Shown here: positions 1 to 12,200 of the stretch, piece by piece
How positions within the stretch are numbered: the stretch's first letter is position 1
How the letters are laid out: each line of letters starts with the position of its first letter
Assembly (NCBI GenBank): GCA_051362555.1
Contig: JBPQGU010000013.1
Location: 434,001 to 498,000 of the forward strand
Direction of reading: 5' to 3'
Length of the DNA: 64,000 nucleotides
Source: Lingula anatina
Taxonomy: Eukaryota > Animalia > Brachiopoda
The notes under the pieces: generated by a model
What the model was told of the DNA's origin: nothing
The model's input: the letters and a program-made list of their open reading frames with translations, nothing else
Database searches by the model: none
Translations under genes and position numbers: made by a program

Positions 1-230
1 AACATTAAGGAAGAAATAGAGCAAAAACTCTCTCTCCCCCCCCCCCTCTCAGATTCTGTTCTCAGAGCTTATTTTTGGATCATCTTTAAAGCTAGAATTG
101 GGGGCCTTGATGAAGTGACCCGGGCGCGTTTCCACATTTTTTATGAATGACAGGTGTGGTAGATTGATTTTCCTCACTTTTTGGAAAAATCGGAGACGGG
201 TCGATTTTTGGTGATTTTGAGTGATTTTGA

Positions 231-246
231 ACAGTGCCGGCACTGT
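231..246. other. 16-bp perfect palindrome ACAGTGCCGGCACTGT (first copy; present once in nearly every monomer)
   Basis: The sequence equals its own reverse complement, with a central CCGG. Confidence 0.95.
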
Positions 247-3200
247 GAGATTTCTTCAATTTTGGCCAGGTAGGGATGAAAATTTTTTTTCTTCATTATA
301 GTGTCAGGTAGGTGTGTTCGGTCATTTGTAGTAAGAATAAAGTGCTGGAAGAGTGGTGGTGTCAACATTAAGGAAGAAATAGAGCAAAAACTCTCTCTCC
401 CCCCCCCCCTCTCAGATTCTGTTCTCAGAGCTTATTTTTGGATCATCTTTAAAGCTAGAATTGGGGGCCTTGATGAAGTGACCCGGGCGCGTTTCCACAT
501 TTTTTATGAATGACAGGTGTGGTAGATTGATTTTCCTCACTTTTTGGAAAAATCGGAGACGGGTCGATTTTTGGTGATTTTGAGTGATTTTGAACAGTGC
601 CTGGCACTGTGAGATTTCTTCAATTTTGGCCAGGTAGGGATGAAAATTTTTTTTCTTCATTATAGTGTCAGGTAGGTGTGTTCGGTCATTTGTAGTAAGA
701 ATAAAGTGCTGGAAGAGTGGTGGTGTCAACATTAAGGAAGAAATAGAGCAAAAACTCTCTCTCCCCCCCCCCCCTCTCAGATTCTGTTCTCAGAGCTTAT
801 TTTTGGATCATCTTTAAAGCTAGAATTGGGGGCCTTGATGAAGTGACCCGGGCGCGTTTCCACATTTTTTATGAATGACAGGTGTGGTAGATTGATTTTC
901 CTCACTTTTTGGAAAAATCGGAGACGGGTCGATTTTTGGTGATTTTGAGTGATTTTGAACAGTGCCGGCACTGTGAGATTTCTTCAATTTTGGCCAGGTA
1001 GGGATGAAAATTTTTTTTCTTCATTATAGTGTCAGGTAGGTGTGTTCGGTCATTTGTAGTAAGAATAAAGTGCTGGAAGAGTGGTGGTGTCAACATTAAG
1101 GAAGAAATAGAGCAAAAACTCTCTCTCCCCCCCCCCCTCTCAGATTCTGTTCTCAGAGCTTATTTTTGGATCATCTTTAAAGCTAGAATTGGGGGCCTTG
1201 ATGAAGTGACCCGGGCGCGTTTCCACATTTTTTATGAATGACAGGTGTGGTAGATTGATTTTCCTCACTTTTTGGAAAAATCGGAGACGGGTCGATTTTT
1301 GGTGATTTTGAGTGATTTTGAACAGTGCCGGCACTGTGAGATTTCTTCAATTTTGGCCAGGTAGGGATGAAAATTTTTTTTCTTCATTATAGTGTCAGGT
1401 AGGTGTGTTCGGTCATTTGTAGTAAGAATAAAGTGCTGGAAGAGTGGTGGTGTCAACATTAAGGAAGAAATAGAGCAAAAACTCTCTCTCCCCCCCCCCC
1501 TCTCAGATTCTGTTCTCAGAGCTTATTTTTGGATCATCTTTAAAGCTAGAATTGGGGGCCTTGATGAAGTGACCCGGGCGCGTTTCCACATTTTTTATGA
1601 ATGACAGGTGTGGTAGATTGATTTTCCTCACTTTTTGGAAAAATCGGAGACGGGTCGATTTTTGGTGATAGGGATGAAAATTTTTTTTCTTCATTATAGT
1701 GTCAGGTAGGTGTGTTTCGGTCATTTGTAGTAAGAATAAAAGTGCTGGAAGAGTGGTGGTGTCAACATTAAGGAAGAAATAGAGCAAAAACTCTCTCTCT
1801 CCACCCCCCCCCCCCCCCACCCCCCCCCTCTCAGATTCTGTTCTCAGAGCTTATTTTTGGATCATCTTTAAAGCTAGAATTGGGGGCCTTGATGAAGTGA
1901 CCCGGGCGCGTTTCCACATTTTTTATGAATGACAGGTGTGGTAGATTGATTTTCCTCACTTTTTGGAAAAATCGGAGACGGGTCGATTTTTGGTGATTTT
2001 GAGTGATTTTGAACAGTGCCGGCACTGTGAGATTTCTTCAATTTTGGCCAGGTAGGGATGAAAATTTTTTTTTCTTCATTATAGTGTCAGGTAGGTGTGT
2101 TCGGTCATTTGTAGTAAGAATAAAGTGCTGGAAGAGTGGTGGTGTCAACATTAAGGAAGAAATAGAGCAAAAACTCTCTCTCCCCCCCTCCCCCCACCCC
2201 CCCCCCCCCCCCCCCCCCCTCTCAGATTCTGTTCTCAGAGCTTATTTTTGGATCATCTTTAAAGCTAGAATTGGGGGCCTTGATGAAGTGACCCGGGCGC
2301 GTTTCCACATTTTTTATGAATGACAGGTGTGGTAGATTGATTTCCTCACTTTTTGGAAAAATCGGAGACGGGTCGATTTTTGGTGATTTTGAGTGGATTT
2401 TGAACAGTGCCGGCACTGTGAGATTTCTTCAATTTTGGCCAGGTAGGGATGAAAATTTTTTTTTCTTCATTATAGTGTCAGGTAGGTGTGTTCGGTCATT
2501 TGTAGTAAGAATAAAGTGCTGGAAGAGTGGTGGTGTCAACATTAAGGAAGAAATAGAGCAAAAACTCTCTCTCTCCCCCCCCCCCCCCTCTCAGATTCTG
2601 TTCTCAGAGCTTATTTTTGGATCATCTTTAAAGCTAGAATTGGGGCCTTGATGAAGTGACCCGGGCGCGTTTCCACATTTTTTATGAATGACAGGTGTGG
2701 TAGATTGATTTTCCTCACTTTTTGGAAAAATCGGAGACGGGTCGATTTTTTGGTGATTTTGAGTGATTTTGAACAGTGCCGGCACTGTGAGATTTCTTCA
2801 ATTTTGGCCAGGTAGGGATGAAAATTTTTTTTCTTCATTATAGTGTCAGGTAGGTGTGTTCGGTCATTTGTAGTAAGAATAAAGTGCTGGAAGAGTGGTG
2901 GTGTCAACATTAAGGAAGAAATAGAGCAAAAACTCTCTCTCCCCCCCCCCCCTCTCAGATTCTGTTCTCAGAGCTTATTTTTGGATCATCTTTAAAGCTA
3001 GAATTGGGGGCCTTGATGAAGTGACCCGGGCGCGTTTCCACATTTTTTATGAATGACAGGTGTGGTAGATTGATTTTCCTCACTTTTTGGAAAAATCGGA
3101 GACGGGTCGATTTTTGGTGATTTTGAGTGATTTTGAACAGTGCCGGCACTGTGAGATTTCTTCAATTTTGGCCAGGTAGGGATGAAAATTTTTTTTCTTC

Positions 3201-6200
3201 ATTATAGTGTCAGGTAGGTGTGTTCGGTCATTTGTAGTAAGAATAAAGTGCTGGAAGAGTGGTGGTGTCAACATTAAGGAAGAAATAGAGCAAAAACTCT
3301 CTCTCCCCCCCCCCCCCCTCTCAGATTCTGTTCTCAGAGCTTATTTTTGGATCATCTTTAAAGCTAGAATTGGGGGCCTTGATGAAGTGACCCAGGCGCG
3401 TTTCCACATTTTTTATGAATGACAGGTGTGGTAGATTGATTTTCCTCACTTTTTGGAAAAATCGGAGACGGGTCGATTTTTGGTGATTTTGAGTGATTTT
3501 GAACAGTGCCGGCACTGTGAGATTTCTTCAATTTTGGCCAGGTAGGGATGAAAATTTTTTTTCTTCATTATAGTGTCAGGTAGGTGTGTTCGGTCATTTG
3601 TAGTAAGAATAAAGTGCTGGAAGAGTGGTGGTATCAACATTAAGGAAGAAATAGAGCAAAAACTCTCTCTCCCCCCCCCCCCCCTCTCAGATTCTGTTCT
3701 CAGAGCTTATTTTTGGATCATCTTTAAAGCTAGAATTGGGGGCCTTGATGAAGTGACCCGGGCGCGTTTCCACATTTTTTATGAATGACAGGTGTGGTAG
3801 ATTGATTTTCCTCACTTTTTGGAAAAATCGGAGACGGGTCGATTTTTGGTGATTTTGAGTGATTTTGAACAGTGCCGGCACTGTGAGATTTCTTCAATTT
3901 TGGCCAGGTAGGGATGAAAATTTTTTTTCTTCATTATAGTGTCAGGTAGGTGTGTTCGGTCATTTGTAGTAAGAATAAAGTGCTGGAAGAGTGGTGGTGT
4001 CAACATTAAGGAAGAAATAGAGCAAAAACTCTCTCTCCCCCCCCCCCCCCCTCTCAGATTCTGTTCTCAGAGCTTATTTTTGGATCATCTTTAAAGCTAG
4101 AATTGGGGGCCTTGATGAAGTGACCCGGGCGCGTTTCCACATTTTTTATGAATGACAGGTGTGGTAGATTGATTTTCCTCACTTTTTGGAAAAATCGGAG
4201 ACGGGTCGATTTTTGGTGATTTTGAGTGATTTTGAACAGTGCCGGCACTGTGAGATTTCTTCAATTTTGGCCAGGTAGGGATGAAAATTTTTTTTCTTCA
4301 TTATAGTGTCAGGTAGGTGTGTTCGGTCATTTGTAGTAAGAATAAAGTGCTGGAAGAGTGGTGGTGTCAACATTAAGGAAGAAATAGAGCAAAAACTCTC
4401 TCTCCCCCCCCCCCCCCTCTCAGATTCTGTTCTCAGAGCTTATTTTTGGATCATCTTTAAAGCTAGAATTGGGGGCCTTGATGAAGTGACCCGGGCGCGT
4501 TTCCACATTTTTTATGAATGACAGGTGTGGTAGATTGATTTTCCTCACTTTTTGGAAAAATCGGAGACGGGTCGATTTTTGGTGATTTTGAGTGATTTTG
4601 AACAGTTTCGGCACTGTGAGATTTCTTCAATTTTGGCCAGGTAGGGATGAAAATTTTTTTTCTTCATTATAGTGTCAGGTAGGTGTGTTCGGTCATTTGT
4701 AGTAAGAATAAAGTGCTGGAAGAGTGGTGGTGTCAACATTAAGGAAGAAATAGAGCAAAAACTCTCTCTCCCCCCCCCCCCTCTCAGATTCTGTTCTCAG
4801 AGCTTATTTTTGGATCATCTTTAAAGCTAGAATTGGGGGCCTTGATGAAGTGACCCGGGCGCGTTTCCACATTTTTTTTTATGAATGACAGGTGTGGTAG
4901 ATTGATTTTCCTCACTTTTTGGAAAAATCGGAGACGGGTCGATTTTTGGTGATTTTGAGTGATTTTGAACAGTGCCGGCACTGTGAGATTTCTTCAATTT
5001 TGGCCAGGTAGGGATGAAAATTTTTTTTCTTCATTATAGTGTCAGGTAGGTGTGTTCGGTCATTTGTAGTAAGAATAAAGTGCTGGAAGAGTGGTGGTGT
5101 CAACATTAAGGAAGAAATAGAGCAAAAACTCTCTCTCCCCCCCCCCCTCTCAGATTCTGTTCTCAGAGCTTATTTTTGGATCATCTTTAAAGCTAGAATT
5201 GGGGGCCTTGATGAAGTGACCCGGGCGCGTTTCCACATTTTTTATGAATGACAGGTGTGGTAGATTGATTTTCCTCACTTTTTGGAAAAATCAGAGACGG
5301 GTCGATTTTTGGTGATTTTGAGTGATTTTGAACAGTGCCGGCACTGTGAGATTTCTTCAATTTTGGCCAGGTAGGGATGAAAATTTTTTTTCTTCATTAT
5401 AGTGTCAGGTAGGTGTGTTCGGTCATTTGTAGTAAGAATAAAGTGCTGGAAGAGTGGTGGTGTCAACATTAAGGAAGAAATAGAGCAAAAACTCTCTCTC
5501 CCCCCCCCCCTCTCAGATTCTGTTCTCAGAGCTTATTTTTGGATCATCTTTAAAGCTAGAATTGGGGGCCTTGATGAAGTGACCCGGGCGCGTTTCCACA
5601 TTTTTTATGAATGACAGGTGTGGTAGATTGATTTTCCTCACTTTTTGGAAAAATCGGAGACGGGTCGATTTTTGGTGATTTTGAGTGATTTTGAACAGTG
5701 CCGGCACTGTGAGATTTCTTCAATTTTGGCCAGGTAGGGATGAAAATTTTTTTTCTTCATTATAGTGTCAGGTAGGTGTGTTCGGTCATTTGTAGTAAGA
5801 ATAAAGTGCTGGAAGAGTGGTGGTGTCAACATTAAGGAAGAAATAGAGCAAAAACTCTCTCTCCCCCCCCCCCTCTCAGATTCTGTTCTCAGAGCTTATT
5901 TTTGGATCATCTTTAAAGCTAGAATTGGGGGCCTTGATGAAGTGACCCGGGCGCGTTTCCACATTTTTTATGAATGACAGGTGTGGTAGATTGATTTTCC
6001 TCACTTTTTGGAAAAATCGGAGACGGGTCGATTTTTGGTGATTTTGAGTGATTTTGAACAGTGCCGGCACTGTGAGATTTCTTCAATTTTGGCCAGGTAG
6101 GGATGAAAATTTTTTTTCTTCATTATAGTGTCAGGTAGGTGTGTTCGGTCATTTGTAGTAAGAATAAAGTGCTGGAAGAGTGGTGGTGTCAACATTAAGG

Positions 6201-9200
6201 AAGAAATAGAGCAAAAACTCTCTCTCCCCCCCCCCCTCTCAGATTCTGTTCTCAGAGCTTATTTTTGGATCATCTTTAAAGCTAGAATTGGGGGCCTTGA
6301 TGAAGTGACCCGGGCGCGTTTCCACATTTTTTATGAATGACAGGTGTGGTAGATTGATTTTCCTCACTTTTTGGAAAAATCGGAGACGGGTCGATTTTTG
6401 GTGATTTTGAGTGATTTTGAACAGTGCCGGCACTGTGAGATTTCTTCAATTTTGGCCAGGTAGGGATGAAAATTTTTTTTCTTCATTATAGTGTCAGGTA
6501 GGTGTGTTCGGTCATTTGTAGTAAGAATAAAGTGCTGGAAGAGTGGTGGTGTCAACATTAAGGAAGAAATAGAGCAAAAACTCTCTCTCCCCCCCCCCCT
6601 CTCAGATTCTGTTCTCAGAGCTTATTTTTGGATCATCTTTAAAGCTAGAATTGGGGGCCTTGATGAAGTGACCCGGGCGCGTTTCCACATTTTTTATGAA
6701 TGACAGGTGTGGTAGATTGATTTTCCTCACTTTTTGGAAAAATCGGAGACGGGTCGATTTTTGGTGATTTTGAGTGATTTTGAACAGTGCCGGCACTGTG
6801 AGATTTCTTCAATTTTGGCCAGGTAGGGATGAAAATTTTTTTTCTTCATTATAGTGTCAGGTAGGTGTGTTCGGTCATTTGTAGTAAGAATAAAGTGCTG
6901 GAAGAGTGGTGGTGTCAACATTAAGGAAGAAATAGAGCAAAAACTCTCTCTCCCCCCCCCCCCTCTCAGATTCTGTTCTCAGAGCTTATTTTTGGATCAT
7001 CTTTAAAGCTAGAATTGGGGGCCTTGATGAAGTGACCCGGGCGCGTTTCCACATTTTTTATGAATGACAGGTGTGGTAGATTGATTTTCCTCACTTTTTG
7101 GAAAAATCGGAGACGGGTCGATTTTTGGTGATTTTGAGTGATTTTGAACAGTGCCGGCACTGTGAGATTTCTTCAATTTTGGCCAGGTAGGGATGAAAAT
7201 TTTTTTTCTTCATTATAGTGTCAGGTAGGTGTGTTCGGTCATTTGTAGTAAGAATAAAGTGCTGGAAGAGTGGTGGTGTCAACATTAAGGAAGAAATAGA
7301 GCAAAAACTCTCTCTCCCCCCCCCCCCTCTCAGATTCTGTTCTCAGAGCTTATTTTTGGATCATCTTTAAAGCTAGAATTGGGGGCCTTGATGAAGTGAC
7401 CCGGGCGCGTTTCCACATTTTTTATGAATGACAGGTGTGGTAGATTGATTTTCCTCACTTTTTGGAAAAATCGGAGACGGGTCGATTTTTGGTGATTTTG
7501 AGTGATTTTGAACAGTGCCGGCACTGTGAGATTTCTTCAATTTTGGCCAGGTAGGGATGAAAATTTTTTTTCTTCATTATAGTGTCAGGTAGGTGTGTTC
7601 GGTCATTTGTAGTAAGAATAAAGTGCTGGAAGAGTGGTGGTGTCAACATTAAGGAAGAAATAGAGCAAAAACTCTCTCTCCCCCCCCCCCCTCTCAGATT
7701 CTGTTCTCAGAGCTTATTTTTGGATCATCTTTAAAGCTAGAATTGGGGGCCTTGATGAAGTGACCCGGGCGCGTTTCCACATTTTTTATGAATGACAGGT
7801 GTGGTAGATTGATTTTCCTCACTTTTTGGAAAAATCGGAGACGGGTCGATTTTTGGTGATTTTGAGTGATTTTGAACAGTGCCGGCACTGTGAGATTTCT
7901 TCAATTTTGGCCAGGTAGGGATGAAAATTTTTTTTCTTCATTATAGTGTCAGGTAGGTGTGTTCGGTCATTTGTAGTAAGAATAAAGTGCTGGAAGAGTG
8001 GTGGTGTCAACATTAAGGAAGAAATAGAGCAAAAACTCTCTCTCCCCCCCCCCCTCTCAGATTCTGTTCTCAGAGCTTATTTTTGGATCATCTTTAAAGC
8101 TAGAATTGGGGGCCTTGATGAAGTGACCCGGGCGCGTTTCCACATTTTTTATGAATGACAGGTGTGGTAGATTGATTTTCCTCACTTTTTGGAAAAATCG
8201 GAGACGGGTCGATTTTTGGTGATTTTGAGTGATTTTGAACAGTGCCGGCACTGTGAGATTTCTTCAATTTTGGCCAGGTAGGGATGAAAATTTTTTTTCT
8301 TCATTATAGTGTCAGGTAGGTGTGTTCGGTCATTTGTAGTAAGAATAAAGTGCTGGAAGAGTGGTGGTGTCAACATTAAGGAAGAAATAGAGCAAAAACT
8401 CTCTCTCCCCCCCCCCCCTCTCAGATTCTGTTCTCAGAGCTTATTTTTGGATCATCTTTAAAGCTAGAATTGGGGGCCTTGATGAAGTGACCCGGGCGCG
8501 TTTCCACATTTTTTATGAATGACAGGTGTGGTAGATTGATTTTCCTCACTTTTTGGAAAAATCGGAGACGGGTCGATTTTTGGTGATTTTGAGTGATTTT
8601 GAACAGTGCCGGCACTGTGAGATTTCTTCAATTTTGGCCAGGTAGGGATGAAAATTTTTTTTCTTCATTATAGTGTCAGGTAGGTGTGTTCGGTCATTTG
8701 TAGTAAGAATAAAGTGCTGGAAGAGTGGTGGTGTCAACATTAAGGAAGAAATAGAGCAAAAACTCTCTCTCCCCCCCCCCCCTCTCAGATTCTGTTCTCA
8801 GAGCTTATTTTTGGATCATCTTTAAAGCTAGAATTGGGGGCCTTGATGAAGTGACCCGGGCGCGTTTCCACATTTTTTATGAATGACAGGTGTGGTAGAT
8901 TGATTTTCCTCACTTTTTGGAAAAATCGGAGACGGGTCGATTTTTGGTGATTTTGAGTGATTTTGAACAGTGCCGGCACTGTGAGATTTCTTCAATTTTG
9001 GCCAGGTAGGGATGAAAATTTTTTTTCTTCATTATAGTGTCAGGTAGGTGTGTTCGGTCATTTGTAGTAAGAATAAAGTGCTGGAAGAGTGGTGGTGTCA
9101 ACATTAAGGAAGAAATAGAGCAAAAACTCTCTCTCCCCCCCCCCCTCTCAGATTCTGTTCTCAGAGCTTATTTTTGGATCATCTTTAAAGCTAGAATTGG

Positions 9201-12200
9201 GGGCCTTGATGAAGTGACCCGGGCGCGTTTCCACATTTTTTATGAATGACAGGTGTGGTAGATTGATTTTCCTCACTTTTTGGAAAAATCGGAGACGGGT
9301 CGATTTTTGGTGATTTTGAGTGATTTTGAACAGTGCCGGCACTGTGAGATTTCTTCAATTTTGGCCAGGTAGGGATGAAAATTTTTTTTCTTCATTATAG
9401 TGTCAGGTAGGTGTGTTCGGTCATTTGTAGTAAGAATAAAGTGCTGGAAGAGTGGTGGTGTCAACATTAAGGAAGAAATAGAGCAAAAACTCTCTCTCCC
9501 CCCCCCCCTCTCAGATTCTGTTCTCAGAGCTTATTTTTGGATCATCTTTAAAGCTAGAATTGGGGGCCTTGATGAAGTGACCCGGGCGCGTTTCCACATT
9601 TTTTATGAATGACAGGTGTGGTAGATTGATTTTCCTCACTTTTTGGAAAAATCGGAGACGGGTCGATTTTTGGTGATTTTGAGTGATTTTGAACAGTGCC
9701 GGCACTGTGAGATTTCTTCAATTTTGGCCAGGTAGGGATGAAAATTTTTTTTCTTCATTATAGTGTCAGGTAGGTGTGTTCGGTCATTTGTAGTAAGAAT
9801 AAAGTGCTGGAAGAGTGGTGGTGTCAACATTAAGGAAGAAATAGAGCAAAAACTCTCTCTCCCCCCCCCCCCTCTCAGATTCTGTTCTCAGAGCTTATTT
9901 TTGGATCATCTTTAAAGCTAGAATTGGGGGCCTTGATGAAGTGACCCGGGCGCGTTTCCACATTTTTTATGAATGACAGGTGTGGTAGATTGATTTTCCT
10001 CACTTTTTGGAAAAATCGGAGACGGGTCGATTTTTGGTGATTTTGAGTGATTTTGAACAGTGCCGGCACTGTGAGATTTCTTCAATTTTGGCCAGGTAGG
10101 GATGAAAATTTTTTTTCTTCATTATAGTGTCAGGTAGGTGTGTTCGGTCATTTGTAGTAAGAATAAAGTGCTGGAAGAGTGGTGGTGTCAACATTAAGGA
10201 AGAAATAGAGCAAAAACTCTCTCTCCCCCCCCCCCCTCTCAGATTCTGTTCTCAGAGCTTATTTTTGGATCATCTTTAAAGCTAGAATTGGGGGCCTTGA
10301 TGAAGTGACCCGGGCGCGTTTCCACATTTTTTATGAATGACAGGTGTGGTAGATTGATTTTCCTCACTTTTTGGAAAAATCGGAGACGGGTCGATTTTTG
10401 GTGATTTTGAGTGATTTTGAACAGTGCCGGCACTGTGAGATTTCTTCAATTTTGGCCAGGTAGGGATGAAAATTTTTTTTCTTCATTATAGTGTCAGGTA
10501 GGTGTGTTCGGTCATTTGTAGTAAGAATAAAGTGCTGGAAGAGTGGTGGTGTCAACATTAAGGAAGAAATAGAGCAAAAACTCTCTCTCCCCCCCCCCCT
10601 CTCAGATTCTGTTCTCAGAGCTTATTTTTGGATCATCTTTAAAGCTAGAATTGGGGGCCTTGATGAAGTGACCCGGGCGCGTTTCCACATTTTTTATGAA
10701 TGACAGGTGTGGTAGATTGATTTTCCTCACTTTTTGGAAAAATCGGAGACGGGTCGATTTTTGGTGATTTTGAGTGATTTTGAACAGTGCCGGCACTGTG
10801 AGATTTCTTCAATTTTGGCCAGGTAGGGATGAAAATTTTTTTTCTTCATTATAGTGTCAGGTAGGTGTGTTCGGTCATTTGTAGTAAGAATAAAGTGCTG
10901 GAAGAGTGGTGGTGTCAACATTAAGGAAGAAATAGAGCAAAAACTCTCTCTCCCCCCCCCCCTCTCAGATTCTGTTCTCAGAGCTTATTTTTGGATCATC
11001 TTTAAAGCTAGAATTGGGGGCCTTGATGAAGTGACCCGGGCGCGTTTCCACATTTTTTATGAATGACAGGTGTGGTAGATTGATTTTCCTCACTTTTTGG
11101 AAAAATCGGAGACGGGTCGATTTTTGGTGATTTTGAGTGATTTTGAACAGTGCCGGCACTGTGAGATTTCTTCAATTTTGGCCAGGTAGGGATGAAAATT
11201 TTTTTTCTTCATTATAGTGTCAGGTAGGTGTGTTCGGTCATTTGTAGTAAGAATAAAGTGCTGGAAGAGTGGTGGTGTCAACATTAAGGAAGAAATAGAG
11301 CAAAAACTCTCTCTCCCCCCCCCCCTCTCAGATTCTGTTCTCAGAGCTTATTTTTGGATCATCTTTAAAGCTAGAATTGGGGGCCTTGATGAAGTGACCC
11401 GGGCGCGTTTCCACATTTTTTATGAATGACAGGTGTGGTAGATTGATTTTCCTCACTTTTTGGAAAAATCGGAGACGGGTCGATTTTTGGTGATTTTGAG
11501 TGATTTTGAACAGTGCCGGCACTGTGAGATTTCTTCAATTTTGGCCAGGTAGGGATGAAAATTTTTTTTCTTCATTATAGTGTCAGGTAGGTGTGTTCGG
11601 TCATTTGTAGTAAGAATAAAGTGCTGGAAGAGTGGTGGTGTCAACATTAAGGAAGAAATAGAGCAAAAACTCTCTCTCCCCCCCCCCCTCTCAGATTCTG
11701 TTCTCAGAGCTTATTTTTGGATCATCTTTAAAGCTAGAATTGGGGGCCTTGATGAAGTGACCCGGGCGCGTTTCCACATTTTTTATGAATGACAGGTGTG
11801 GTAGATTGATTTTCCTCACTTTTTGGAAAAATCGGAGACGGGTCGATTTTTGGTGATTTTGAGTGATTTTGAACAGTGCCGGCACTGTGAGATTTCTTCA
11901 ATTTTGGCCAGGTAGGGATGAAAATTTTTTTTCTTCATTATAGTGTCAGGTAGGTGTGTTCGGTCATTTGTAGTAAGAATAAAGTGCTGGAAGAGTGGTG
12001 GTGTCAACATTAAGGAAGAAATAGAGCAAAAACTCTCTCTCCCCCCCCCCCCTCTCAGATTCTGTTCTCAGAGCTTATTTTTGGATCATCTTTAAAGCTA
12101 GAATTGGGGGCCTTGATGAAGTGACCCGGGCGCGTTTCCACATTTTTTATGAATGACAGGTGTGGTAGATTGATTTTCCTCACTTTTTGGAAAAATCGGA

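Noticed and set aside
175-200. CENP-B box-like CTTTTTGGAAAAATCGGAG
   Set aside because: It lacks the required TTCG-N4-A-N2-CGGG spacing in both A and B subfamilies.
150-210. tRNA or SINE-like A and B boxes (GGTGTGGTAGATTG...GGGTCGATT)
   Set aside because: Both boxes are degenerate, no cloverleaf forms, and a T5 run between them would terminate Pol III.
220-247. V(D)J RSS or Transib-like heptamer CACAGTG on the minus strand
   Set aside because: The nonamer at 12-bp spacing (AAAATCACT) matches ACAAAAACC at only 5/9 and none fits at 23 bp. A chance match is likely.
250-330. Spliced-leader or snRNA gene array (Sm-like AATTTTGG next to CAG|GTAGG)
   Set aside because: There is no match to any SL exon or U snRNA I know, and the Sm-like site precedes rather than follows the donor. 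Such motifs are common in T-rich DNA. An Infernal/Rfam scan and a search for the sequence at mRNA 5' ends would settle it.
1-363. 363-bp monomer as an ancient dimer of ~182 bp, or related to the element's 184-bp unit
   Set aside because: Only short scattered similarities at inconsistent offsets (about 154-197 bp) were seen. The shared ATGAAAATTT is expected by chance in AT-rich DNA.
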